Of a stretch of DNA of 50,425 bases, positions 17,740 through 26,972 are shown in pieces; the first letter of the stretch is position 1, and every line of letters begins with the position of its first letter. Made by a program: the position numbers and the translations under genes. Under the pieces are notes generated by a model. That model worked only from the letters and a program-made list of their open reading frames with translations, ran no database searches and was not told where the DNA came from. This DNA comes from a virus (Duplodnaviria > Caudoviricetes): the IMG/VR virus record IMGVR_UViG_3300020045_005338, positions 1 to 50,425 of that record. One strand, 5' to 3'.

Positions 17740-17989
17740 TTTTATGTCCTAGGTAATCGTTAAATGAGGATCTTAGTTCGTATGCTGAATAGCCGAGGCC
17801 GTAGCTGGTAATGAGTTGTTCAAGCCCGGTTCCTTGGATGAAAGTATAGCATTCAAAGACTTCCGGGTTTATTCGTCTGCATGAATTAGCCACTGGAAAC
17901 CGAGAAGCGACTTTAAGAGTCTCGCAAAGAATACTAAGGCCTAAAGTATTAACCATAAGGAGGTGCATTACAAAAGGATCTTGTGTCAC
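17693..17989 (-). CDS. Hypothetical protein
   Basis: Overlaps both neighbours in the operon; AAGGGAG upstream. Confidence 0.6.
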   Translation of the reverse strand: MTQDPFVMHLLMVNTLGLSILCETLKVASRFPVANSCRRINPEVFECYTFIQGTGLEQLITSYGLGYSAYELRSSFNDYLGHKNGHFKSLSDSLPSQG

Positions 17990-19074
17990 TTTAGTGCGAA
18001 AGCTCCCTTATAATCATGAAGGCGGGTATTAGTTAAATAACCAGTATAGTCAGCTTCTGGATAACATTGTGATGGCTTAGTCCACCACTGAGAGAAAGGA
18101 AAAGATGGATAAATCGAAGCGTTCCTCATTAGAAGAGCAGATTGAAATAGTAGCGCAGGAATACCAGGATGACTTTCAGCGGATAAAAACGAGATTGAAA
18201 GAGTTAGAAGATAAAGACTTCGAGCTGGTATTCGCTGAACTCCAGGAATTATCCCTAGCATTACAAGTATTGATAAGAGAGCTGGAAGAAGCCAGATTGA
18301 TCCGTGAAGAGAATAAATCAGAGCAATGCCAGTAAACATTTCAATTTCTGGGTAGTGGACTCCGCGTGATAACCCTACTGAATCACTAGGGATTATAAGA
18401 TTGCTTAGCTTGTTTGCTGGAATAGAACCAGTAGAGGAGTCCTGAACACTGTTATGCCTTACTGATTTTGGCCAGTACCATGCAAATGGAATGATCTGGA
18501 TTAAGGCTGGGATTATCCCAAGAAGTGACAGTGGATTCATGATCATGGCTACTGGCATGGCATAAACTAGGATCGGCCAGTATCCGCCTGTTATTGCCAT
18601 GAAGCAGGAAAAAACTCCAAACCAGCCTTTAATCAGCATGCCTGGAATCCAGCACATTGTATAAACAAAGGACGGGGTTTGCGGTTTTATGCAGTATCCA
18701 GAATAAGTAAGGGTTATAGCCCCGAATAGTGCCTCTGTTTGGCCGTAAGGCTTGAATAGGTGGAAGGCTATCATCGAAGCTATAAAGTAGTGGAATAAGA
18801 TGAAGTAGGAGTAGTATTTGAAGGCTACATCAATCGTTACAAACTTTACTAGTTTGCTAGCAATGCAGGACGGAATATAAAAGGATGAAAGGAATGGAAT
18901 GCATGCGGGGAGTTTGTAATAAATGGAGTCGGCTAGAATGAGTCCTTCCTTCCCGGTCTTCACCCAGAATGGAAAGTAGGTCGAGCGCAATTCTGAAGTG
19001 CACAGCTGGTATGGGTTTTTTAGCTTTCCTTACCAGAATAAAATCCAGTATCCAAACAATATCAGAGCGTACAT
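17986..19074 (-). pseudogene. YfhO-like multi-pass membrane (GT-C-type) protein with in-frame TAA at codon 15
   Basis: ATG 19074 overlaps the upstream stop; reads MYALILFGYWILFW*GKLKNPYQLCTSELRSTYFPFW and continues in the 334-aa track ORF. Many TM segments; ALFGAITLTYSGY, SVR, RIPAR are YfhO-like. Confidence 0.6.
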
Positions 19075-19655
19075 TTTACCCTGAATGCTGATGCTAGTTT
19101 AGGATTCAGTATGGTAATTAGATGGTCAAGGTAGCTTACAAATCCAGTTCTGTTGGATACTTCTACGGATACATCTTTGATGGTAAGTCCATGGTCTTTT
19201 AACAGCTCGATGGTTGATGGAATGTTCATGAGGCGAATGTGGCCTCCAGGTCCTGTTCCATCCTTAATGGCTCTCCCATAGATCTTTCTATAGCTTATCT
19301 CATAGCTTTGAGGAAGGAAGCCAAATAGAAAGAAGATACGGTTATACCAAGAGCTCATGTTTGGCATGGCGATTTCTAGGACAGTATTCTTAGTCATAGC
19401 CTTCTTACACATCTCAAGAAACTGGTCTGGGTCTCTATAATGTTCAAGGAAATGGTTAGCGAGAATGACATTCCACGGGCCGCTTGGAATTCCAAAGACC
19501 TCAATATCCCAACCATGCTTTAAATCAATGACTTCAATCTCGGCGTCTGGATACTTTTCTCTGGCAACTAGGCCGTCATTTCCGCCGACATCCAGAACCC
19601 TAAAAGATGCTGGGATATTGCCTCCAGATGTCGCAGTCTTTGCAGATTCCATCAT
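19062..19655 (-). CDS. Class I SAM-dependent methyltransferase
   Basis: VLDVGG, HFLEH, MPN, HIRL; AAGGA before ATG 19655. Confidence 0.88.
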   Translation of the reverse strand: MMESAKTATSGGNIPASFRVLDVGGNDGLVAREKYPDAEIEVIDLKHGWDIEVFGIPSGPWNVILANHFLEHYRDPDQFLEMCKKAMTKNTVLEIAMPNMSSWYNRIFFLFGFLPQSYEISYRKIYGRAIKDGTGPGGHIRLMNIPSTIELLKDHGLTIKDVSVEVSNRTGFVSYLDHLITILNPKLASAFRVKCTL

Positions 19656-20433
19656 ACTTTCCTTGAAGATGGGCTTCTCGGACTCCATTCAGTCTCTTCC
19701 AAGCCTGTGATACAGTCTCTTTCGACATGTCCCCGAAAATCTCTTTGTGGTGCGGGTCGGCACAGCACATCAGGAACTTCCCGTTCCACGCTACAGCCGG
19801 GGCAAGCCACAAATGATAGCATGGGTATCTTTTGCCATCCGTGGGTTTTACACCAAACTTTGATAAAGTTATGTTCCCCCCGTAGTTGTGCATCCCTCTT
19901 TTTTCTTTGTGAGGCCATAGATTCTCTTCGTTTTCTGGATAGTTTCCTTGTATGAATCTTACAGTAAAGTTTCGCCATGATTTGAGCTCTCTTTTGAATG
20001 GTTCACTCCACTTTGGTTCCGTTCTCCAAGTCCATAAAACTTTATCAACTCCTGAATTTTTGAGTCGAGCGAGATTATCTCCCTTTTCAAGCATTGTACC
20101 GTTTGTTGTAAAGAGGACAGTGTGTTTTGGATTCCTATGTTTGATATAGCGGATTGCTTCATACCAGAACGGGTAGAGCATAGGCTCGCCGAAGAGGTGG
20201 AGCGAGAAAGACCGAGGCCCATATCGATCAGCTTCATCGACAATTTTAGTAAAGAGGCTGAAGTCCATGTGATCTTTGACTTTTTCCCTTGGGCAGTAGG
20301 AGCAACTGAGATTACACGACGCGGTTGTTTCGATGAAGATGTGGCGAGGAAAGACATAATCGATGTACCTCTGGGCTAAAGGTTTATAGAGCCAAGATGG
20401 AAGTTTCTTTGCAAGTTCAGCATAAGGAGTCAC
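19600..20433 (-). CDS. Radical SAM protein with SPASM/twitch domain
   Basis: CNLSCSYC, GEP, TTNG; C-terminal PC...CCAD...CKDC. Confidence 0.92.
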   Translation of the reverse strand: MTPYAELAKKLPSWLYKPLAQRYIDYVFPRHIFIETTASCNLSCSYCPREKVKDHMDFSLFTKIVDEADRYGPRSFSLHLFGEPMLYPFWYEAIRYIKHRNPKHTVLFTTNGTMLEKGDNLARLKNSGVDKVLWTWRTEPKWSEPFKRELKSWRNFTVRFIQGNYPENEENLWPHKEKRGMHNYGGNITLSKFGVKPTDGKRYPCYHLWLAPAVAWNGKFLMCCADPHHKEIFGDMSKETVSQAWKRLNGVREAHLQGKYDGICKDCDIWRQYPSIF

Positions 20434-21755
20434 CTCAGATGATCCTTGATTGTGTTCCAGTAGTAGGATAGATATTCTGGGCGAAACGAACTTGCTAAAA
20501 ATTTAAGGCCGCGCCAAGACGTGTACCATTTTATGTACGCTTCTTTTTGCATGTCTTTAACAAGCTGAATGCTACAGCTTGGCTGGTCTACCTGAGCGGA
20601 GTAATTCTGGTCGTAAGCTTCCCACCTAGAATCTTTGAGCCATCCTTCTTTACTCGCAATTTCTCCCCATTCTGTACCGGGATATGGCGCTGAAATTGCA
20701 AAGTTAACGATGTCAAACGGTTCTGATAAACTAAATTCAATTGTTCTGCGCATACTTTCAGCAGTGTCGCCATACATTCCCAGCATATGGTATCCCCACA
20801 CGCGCAGTCCTGCTTCTTTAGCATATCTAACGGCTTTCCGTGCTTGCTCAACCGTGGCCTCCTTTTTGTTCATAGCTAATACTTTGTCGTCACCTGATTC
20901 AACACCGTAGCAGATCATCCAAAAGCCAGCTTTCTTCATACGTTTAAGCATGTCGAGGTCTACAGTATCAACCCGGCTATTGGTAACAATTCGAACCTTG
21001 AATGGAAGCTTCTCAACCTCATCACAGAAATCCATGATCCATTTACGGTTCATGGTTGCGGTGTCAGCATGGAAGGCAATGTTGGTAAGCTTGTACTTGC
21101 GGATTTCCTCAATGACGGTAGAGACTGGACGATGCCGAGTCTTTGACTCATTCATTACGGTTTGGCGGCAATAGATGCATTTCCAAGGACAGCCTCTGCT
21201 GGTAACCACGAAGGTGTATCCTCTTCCAATAAAAGGTAGAGAGTACTTTTGAATTGGTAATAAGTCATGGCGAGCTGGCGGGAGATCTTCGAATCGAGTC
21301 CCTGTTGATGAAGTCTTTCTAATAAGTTCTCGAAGGTTATATTCAGGTTCCGTACCGCCTTTTGTGTAGTCAACTGCATAGTCAAGAGACTTGTATTTTT
21401 CAAGAGACTCCTCCCTTAAAGCCTTAGTATGCGGAGACACAGCAACTGTCTTGGCACCCAAAGATTTCCCATAGTGGGCTGTTATCATGTCGTGAGTTAC
21501 AGTAGAAGAGATGGGATTAAACACTACCCAATCCGGCTTAAACTCCTGCATCATGGTGAAGAGCTCGGCATAAGTAATATTCTCAGCAATGCAGTCAATA
21601 ATCTTGCAGTTATCGTCTGGAAATACTGAGGCCATCATGGCGAGTGATGTCTGAGGCCAGATTGTGCGCTCTTTACTTCTTCGCCCCGACCTATTAATGT
21701 CGCGGATATAAACGTAATTATCAGGAGACGGCGGGTTAACAAAAAGTATGTTCAA
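20430..21755 (-). CDS. Cobalamin-binding radical SAM protein
   Basis: LFVNPP, SRGCPWKCIYC, YGVESG, PYPGT. Confidence 0.92.
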   Translation of the reverse strand: MNILFVNPPSPDNYVYIRDINRSGRRSKERTIWPQTSLAMMASVFPDDNCKIIDCIAENITYAELFTMMQEFKPDWVVFNPISSTVTHDMITAHYGKSLGAKTVAVSPHTKALREESLEKYKSLDYAVDYTKGGTEPEYNLRELIRKTSSTGTRFEDLPPARHDLLPIQKYSLPFIGRGYTFVVTSRGCPWKCIYCRQTVMNESKTRHRPVSTVIEEIRKYKLTNIAFHADTATMNRKWIMDFCDEVEKLPFKVRIVTNSRVDTVDLDMLKRMKKAGFWMICYGVESGDDKVLAMNKKEATVEQARKAVRYAKEAGLRVWGYHMLGMYGDTAESMRRTIEFSLSEPFDIVNFAISAPYPGTEWGEIASKEGWLKDSRWEAYDQNYSAQVDQPSCSIQLVKDMQKEAYIKWYTSWRGLKFLASSFRPEYLSYYWNTIKDHLR

Positions 21756-23332
21756 TGAAGTAACCCAACCTTTCCACTGTGAGTTCTTTTTGAGCTTCTA
21801 AATATTGTTACCTTGATGAAACTTTTAACGGCAAGCAACAATCTTTTGTAATCTTCTTTTGTTTTTAGTTTTTTCAGTTCTCTAAAGATGATTTTTGGTT
21901 GTAAGTAAAACGATCTCCAGAACTTTTTAGAGTACCACACAAGGTCTTCGCGGGTTAACCCATTCGGTATGAAGTTTATTAAGAGGGTATTCATTTTGGT
22001 CCAACTTGGGTCGAAGGAGCCATGTTTGTTTGCGGTTTCATAGATTTCTGATCCTGGAAGTGGAACTAGATGGGTGTGCTGAACATAAGTAACATTGAGA
22101 GACTTAGCAAACTCGATGGTCTCGTCAAGTGAGTCATGCGTTTCTCCAAGGTGTCCAAGGATGAAGTTGGCTTTGGTTGTAATTCCGGCTTTTGTGGCCA
22201 TATCGATAACATGCCGGATCTTCTCCTTGGTTACATTTTTTCGCATAGAGTCGAGGATTCTCTGGCATCCAGATTCAACCCCAAACTCAATGGTATGACA
22301 TCCGGCTTGCTTCATCAGGTCTACAATGTCGAGGTACTGCACGAAGTCTACCCGGCTACAGCACGACCAGCTAAAAGGAGTCCCGGCTTCAATCATCGCA
22401 TGGCAAAAATCCTCAAGCCTCTTACGATTTCCCGTGAACATGTCGTCATAAAATAATAGGTCGTTTACCTTATAACGCTCGTTGAGTTCCTTTAAATGAC
22501 TAATAAGGTACGGGGCCGTCATAATGCGATACCCGCGACCAACTACCCCAAGGTCGCAGAACGTACAGTGGCCCGAACAGCCCCTTGAAGAAACCAACCC
22601 AATAGAATGAAAAGATTTGGTGCCGAAAACACTAAGGCGGTAATGAGAAAATAATTTGTCCCCGACAAGATCAAAAGCGGGGAACGGAAATTCATCAAGA
22701 TCTTTGAAGAACTGACGCCGTGGATTAACAATGATGTCGTCTCCTTTGCACCAGACTAAAGACTGCACCTTCTCCATGTCTTTTGATTGGAGAAAGTCGA
22801 TTAAAGCTACTTCTCCCTCGCCGACTATTCCAAAGTCAAAATAAGGATACTCTTCCATGGTTCTAATGGGCTCGGCCGTAAAATGGACTCCACCAATAAG
22901 AGTGATTACTTTATGGAATTTAAGCTTGATGGCTCTGGCTATCTCCCCGGCTGCATCAATCATGATGGTCATAGCCGTCAAACATACATAGTTTGGCTCA
23001 TAGTCTGATACAACCTTTAAGATGTCATCTACGGACATTGCCTCAGCATGGGCATCAATAAGCCTTACTTGATAGCCGTAACGTCTAGCCATGGATGCCA
23101 AATGAAGGATTCCAATGGGAGGGCTAGAGCTTTTGGTGTCGCTTAAATCCATGTCAGAGTAGAAGACAGAGAAATCTACTGGCGGGTTAATAAAGAGGAT
23201 TTTGGTATCCTTGGGAGACATATCGAATCCAAGTTCGTCTAGCTTTGCATGGTCATAACCAATCTCTTTGCCGATGGTGAGAGTCCCGGTACCCGTCCTC
23301 TTGATCTCAAACCCGGCATTAAGCGAGCTCAT
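21752..23332 (-). CDS. Cobalamin-binding radical SAM protein (class B methylase-like)
   Basis: PPIGILHLAS, GGVHFT, GEGE, SRGCSGHCTFC, FGVESG, PLPGS. Confidence 0.93.
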   Translation of the reverse strand: MSSLNAGFEIKRTGTGTLTIGKEIGYDHAKLDELGFDMSPKDTKILFINPPVDFSVFYSDMDLSDTKSSSPPIGILHLASMARRYGYQVRLIDAHAEAMSVDDILKVVSDYEPNYVCLTAMTIMIDAAGEIARAIKLKFHKVITLIGGVHFTAEPIRTMEEYPYFDFGIVGEGEVALIDFLQSKDMEKVQSLVWCKGDDIIVNPRRQFFKDLDEFPFPAFDLVGDKLFSHYRLSVFGTKSFHSIGLVSSRGCSGHCTFCDLGVVGRGYRIMTAPYLISHLKELNERYKVNDLLFYDDMFTGNRKRLEDFCHAMIEAGTPFSWSCCSRVDFVQYLDIVDLMKQAGCHTIEFGVESGCQRILDSMRKNVTKEKIRHVIDMATKAGITTKANFILGHLGETHDSLDETIEFAKSLNVTYVQHTHLVPLPGSEIYETANKHGSFDPSWTKMNTLLINFIPNGLTREDLVWYSKKFWRSFYLQPKIIFRELKKLKTKEDYKRLLLAVKSFIKVTIFRSSKRTHSGKVGLLH

Positions 23333-24054
23333 TTCTCACCTTTTACCATGAGAGACCAGCTAAACTTCTTAGCAATGCTACGTCCTATAATATCGTCTAG
23401 CTTCATGATTATCTTTCCTACTCCAATAGGAATGGGAAACTTGATGATATCGGGGAAGCCAAGCAAAGGATACCCTAAATACCCGATATACCGCTTTTCT
23501 GTGATCTTTAGGCCGCTTTCCTTAACCATGCTAAAAAGCTCATCAGCATTGAATGAGTGATGCAAGTGGCTGAATCTGTCTGTATGCTGAAAGATATGAC
23601 GGATGGACTCATAAATTCCATTGTGATTTGGGTCCCAGCACACCCATTTACCGCCCGGCTTCAGCACTCTCACCATCTCCCTAAGCCCCACCATAGGATC
23701 ATCCAGGTGATGGAGAAGACTACGGCATACGACAAAATCAAAATGATTATCGGGGAAAGGAATAGCCTCAGCAGGAGCTTTAACCCACTTATGCTTGTTA
23801 TGACTAAGCATCCCGTCACTAATATCAATACCAGTAATGTCAAAGCAAGGGTATAAAGTAGAAACAAACCCAGTCCCACACCCCACGTCGAGAATCTTGT
23901 CGCTATACTTTCCGTCTTTGAGTTTAACTCCATCGAGCATCTCCGTAACAATTCGAGAGTGATAAAGAAATCCTGTTCCGCTGTATCTTTTTGGATAAAG
24001 GGTAGAGGTGTAGTCCTGAACAAGTTTTTCTGAAGTTGGTTCGCCTTTACTCAT
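23329..24054 (-). CDS. Class I SAM-dependent methyltransferase
   Basis: LDVGCGTG, GIDIS, PFPDNHFD, LHH, RVLKPGG. Confidence 0.93.
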   Translation of the reverse strand: MSKGEPTSEKLVQDYTSTLYPKRYSGTGFLYHSRIVTEMLDGVKLKDGKYSDKILDVGCGTGFVSTLYPCFDITGIDISDGMLSHNKHKWVKAPAEAIPFPDNHFDFVVCRSLLHHLDDPMVGLREMVRVLKPGGKWVCWDPNHNGIYESIRHIFQHTDRFSHLHHSFNADELFSMVKESGLKITEKRYIGYLGYPLLGFPDIIKFPIPIGVGKIIMKLDDIIGRSIAKKFSWSLMVKGEK

Positions 24055-24925
24055 TCATCATCCTCACAAGTTCTTTAAAAGATGTTTTGTTTTCCCAGCC
24101 AATGCTTTTTATTTTGGAAGGGTCTCCTTTGAGTACGTTTATTTCATTAGGCCTAAAAAGATTCACATCGATCTTAACGTATTCAGCCCATGAAGGACAT
24201 GTTAAATCTAGAAATTCTTTCACTGAGTGAGTTTCGCCAGTGGCAATTTCATAGTCGTCGGGCTTGTCCTGTTGCATCATGAGCCACATGGCATTAACGT
24301 AATCTCCGGCAAATCCCCAGTCTCTACTAGCATAGATATTTCCAAGTCTTAAATGGCCTTCAGGATTCTTGAAAAAGTTAGTGATCTTCTTGGTAACGAA
24401 TTCATTTCCGCGTCTTGGTGATTCATGGTTGAAGCAGATTCCACAGGTTATGTAACGTCCTGCTAGCCTGTAAATGTTGGCCATGTTGTGGGCCGCAAGC
24501 TTTGATACTCCATAAGGCGATAACGGCTTAAATTCAGGATAGCTATTCCCGTACATTTCTGAGGTAGAAGCTTGGTAAATCTTGGAGTTATAGGGCTCAG
24601 AAAACTGGATAAGTTTTAGAAGTCCGTTTGTGTTTACTTCAAAGGTTAGCTCCGGCTGAATCCATGATGTTGGAACAAAACTCATAGCGGCCAGGTTATA
24701 AATCTCATTAGGCCTGGATTCCTGAATAGCATTCTTTATTGAGTTTGAATCATTCATGTCGCCGTAAATAAGAGTGATGGACTGCTTGATATTCTGGATA
24801 CGAACCAGATTTTCATGGCTCGCTCTCCTGATGATTCCAAAGACTTCATAACCTTTGGATAGTAGAAGCTCGGCTAAGTAAGACCCATCCTGTCCAGAAA
24901 TTCCAGTAATTAAGGCTCTTGCCAT
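24047..24925 (-). CDS. gmd: GDP-mannose 4,6-dehydratase
   Basis: ALITGISGQDGSYLAELLLSKGYEV, YNLAAMSFV, QASTSEMYG, SPYGVSK, FNHESPRRG, RDWG. Confidence 0.95.
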   Translation of the reverse strand: MARALITGISGQDGSYLAELLLSKGYEVFGIIRRASHENLVRIQNIKQSITLIYGDMNDSNSIKNAIQESRPNEIYNLAAMSFVPTSWIQPELTFEVNTNGLLKLIQFSEPYNSKIYQASTSEMYGNSYPEFKPLSPYGVSKLAAHNMANIYRLAGRYITCGICFNHESPRRGNEFVTKKITNFFKNPEGHLRLGNIYASRDWGFAGDYVNAMWLMMQQDKPDDYEIATGETHSVKEFLDLTCPSWAEYVKIDVNLFRPNEINVLKGDPSKIKSIGWENKTSFKELVRMMNE

Positions 24926-25392
24926 GAGATATCCTTCATAAGTTTTAGAAGCTTGTTTCTTGCTGATTTAAGGCCTAAATGCCGCTTAAAGTTAAGCCAT
25001 GCATTGCTTAGCTTAGGATGGTTTTCATCAAGATCATGCGGGTGAATATAAAACATTCCATGATTCAAAATTTGGCATTTAATGAACCATAGAGGAAGCA
25101 GTCTAAACCAGAATCCTCCTGTCAATCCAAGCCACTGGTAAGGCCTACGATCTGCAATCTCCCACCATCTATGATACTTTCCATGAGTCTTGAGGAGATG
25201 GCCGTCATCCTTAATTGCATTCATTAAAAGGGCATCCTTCGTTAGATATTCAAGAGAGTAGATGATGGCTTTAATGTTATGCTTCTTTAGCTCTCCAAGA
25301 AGCCACCACATGGACTCCATGGATGAATGATGCCCTGGGTCTATATGCAGAGCATCTTGCCAGTCTTCTAGATCAACGGTGAATAAAACCAC
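24910..25392 (-). CDS. Compact polysaccharide deacetylase (NodB/DUF3473-like)
   Basis: FTVDLEDW, HGKYH, GGFWFRLLP, YIHPHDLD. Confidence 0.8.
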   Translation of the reverse strand: MVLFTVDLEDWQDALHIDPGHHSSMESMWWLLGELKKHNIKAIIYSLEYLTKDALLMNAIKDDGHLLKTHGKYHRWWEIADRRPYQWLGLTGGFWFRLLPLWFIKCQILNHGMFYIHPHDLDENHPKLSNAWLNFKRHLGLKSARNKLLKLMKDISWQEP

Positions 25393-26059
25393 GCCAAATC
25401 TTTCTTAGTCCGCGAGTTCTAAGAGCCAAACTATTCCTGACAATGTAATAAAGGGTGATAAATCCGTCCTTGAATAGTTTAACCCGGCTTTTTCCATGCG
25501 CTCTTTCTTCCACCTTGATAGGAAAGAATTCAACCCGGTAGTTGTCGCATAGCATTGAAATGGTGAGAGAAGTAGTAAACGAGAAAGTCTTGCATAAAAT
25601 TGGGAAATATCCAGTCACTATACTCTTCTTAAAGATTCTGCATCCTGAGTTTAAGTCTGGAAGCCAGTAAGTGCAAAATAAAGATGCAGTCCAGTTGAGC
25701 GCCTTGCGTCCCAAAAACCTTACTAATGACTCTTTTTTTAACCTTCTGACTCCTACCACCATGTCCGCATCTTCAATGAGTTTGTAAGCGTCATAAAGCT
25801 TCTTAATCTCTTTTACTGAATGCTGGCCGTCCCCATCAGCGGTTAAAATAATGTTTCTGTTCGCATTCTTAATTCCTGTCATAAGAGAAGCACCGTACCC
25901 AAGGTTTGTCCCATGTTTAATGGCCTCTGGGTACGGGTCTGGAGATCCGTCATCCACGACAATGACTTCAGCTCCAAGAACATTTAAGTCGAATACAAGC
26001 CGATCAATGATGTAGTGCTCTTCCTTGTAGGAAGGAATTACAACAGTAAGGTCTTGCAT
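25373..26059 (-). CDS. GT2 polyprenol-phosphate glycosyltransferase (DPM1-like)
   Basis: VIPSYKE, VVDDGS, NLGYGA, DGDGQH, DLNSGCR, R..GKSRV. Confidence 0.9.
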   Translation of the reverse strand: MQDLTVVIPSYKEEHYIIDRLVFDLNVLGAEVIVVDDGSPDPYPEAIKHGTNLGYGASLMTGIKNANRNIILTADGDGQHSVKEIKKLYDAYKLIEDADMVVGVRRLKKESLVRFLGRKALNWTASLFCTYWLPDLNSGCRIFKKSIVTGYFPILCKTFSFTTSLTISMLCDNYRVEFFPIKVEERAHGKSRVKLFKDGFITLYYIVRNSLALRTRGLRKIWRGFIHR

Positions 26060-26268
26060 ATAAAGTATCCTATGGCTAAATAGATGGCTACGTCCTTAAT
26101 CGTTGAGAATATAAGGCAGATCGTATGTGCGACTACAAGCTTTGTTGTTATCTTGTGAATGTCTTCCATTTTGATGTCGAGCCCGGACTCTTTAAGCTCG
26201 GCTAAAATTGGCCTAACAGTATTCTCAATAAAAGCTCCGAGTGGCTTCATATCATTCAAGGACAGCAT
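26038..26268 (-). CDS. Small membrane protein
   Basis: Hydrophobic C-terminus; overlaps both neighbours. Confidence 0.6.
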   Translation of the reverse strand: MLSLNDMKPLGAFIENTVRPILAELKESGLDIKMEDIHKITTKLVVAHTICLIFSTIKDVAIYLAIGYFICKTLLL

Positions 26269-26548
26269 GTAATTTGCACTCCCTTATAAATCTATATGGT
26301 TTCCCGTCTAGTTCAAAATTCATGCAGGTCTCGTGATCCATTGAATTGACGGTTGGGATAACGACTCTTTGGCCAACTTTATACTGATATTTACATTTGC
26401 TTCCCCATGAAACAATGGTGGCGAAGTATGAAATCTTTTCTTCTGAGTTTTTTTCTGGGCAGATGATGAGACCTTCATGCTTCATGATCGGATCAAGCTC
26501 GATGATAATGATGTCGTTAAGTGGTCTTAGTTTAATCATCACAGCCAC
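26252..26548 (-). CDS. groES: Co-chaperonin GroES/Cpn10
   Basis: KLRPLNDIIII, mobile loop EGLIIC, IVSWG, KVGQRV, LDGKPY.FIRE..LHAVLE. Confidence 0.85.
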   Translation of the reverse strand: MAVMIKLRPLNDIIIIELDPIMKHEGLIICPEKNSEEKISYFATIVSWGSKCKYQYKVGQRVVIPTVNSMDHETCMNFELDGKPYRFIRECKLHAVLE

Positions 26549-26972
26549 GATGATTAAGTTTTTTTATTCGATTAAAAATAGACTTTCTTAAAATAGCTGT
26601 TTCTTTAGATATTCCTCCTTTGCAAGGATGGGATATACTAATTGTTTCATAATATAAAATAGCCAACTCAAACCTTTCTTTTTTTAATCGAATAAAGGGT
26701 AATGTTAATTTAATAAAATTAGCCATATCTTTTCCAGAAGCAGTCCATCTATATTGCAATTTTTGTCTTGGATTTGACTTTTTATTATAATTAAAGTGTC
26801 CGCCAAAAGTTTTATGTAACCATCTAATGCTATTTTCATCTGTCATATTTACTTCTACTTTTAAAATATAACTATTTGGATGATTTTGATTAGAAATAAA
26901 AACACAACCCTCTCCATCAAACAAACCAGCGGCATAGGCTAAATCAGTTTTATTTATTTTATTTAATTGCAT
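26532..26972 (-). mobile_element. Free-standing LAGLIDADG homing endonuclease gene
   Basis: DLAYAAGLFDGEGCV, MTD, FGG, YRW, LPFIRLKK; visibly more AT-rich than flanks. Confidence 0.9.

Noticed and set aside
18105-18335. Antisense 76-aa ORF that reads like a coiled coil and has an AAGGA upstream
   Set aside because: Lies wholly opposite a hydrophobic membrane gene, whose antisense frames are naturally E/K/R-rich; no promoter seen. Not fully excluded.
26532-26972. Group I intron or intein around the LAGLIDADG ORF
   Set aside because: The ORF overlaps intact flanking genes, leaving no room for intron core elements; no intein splice motifs.
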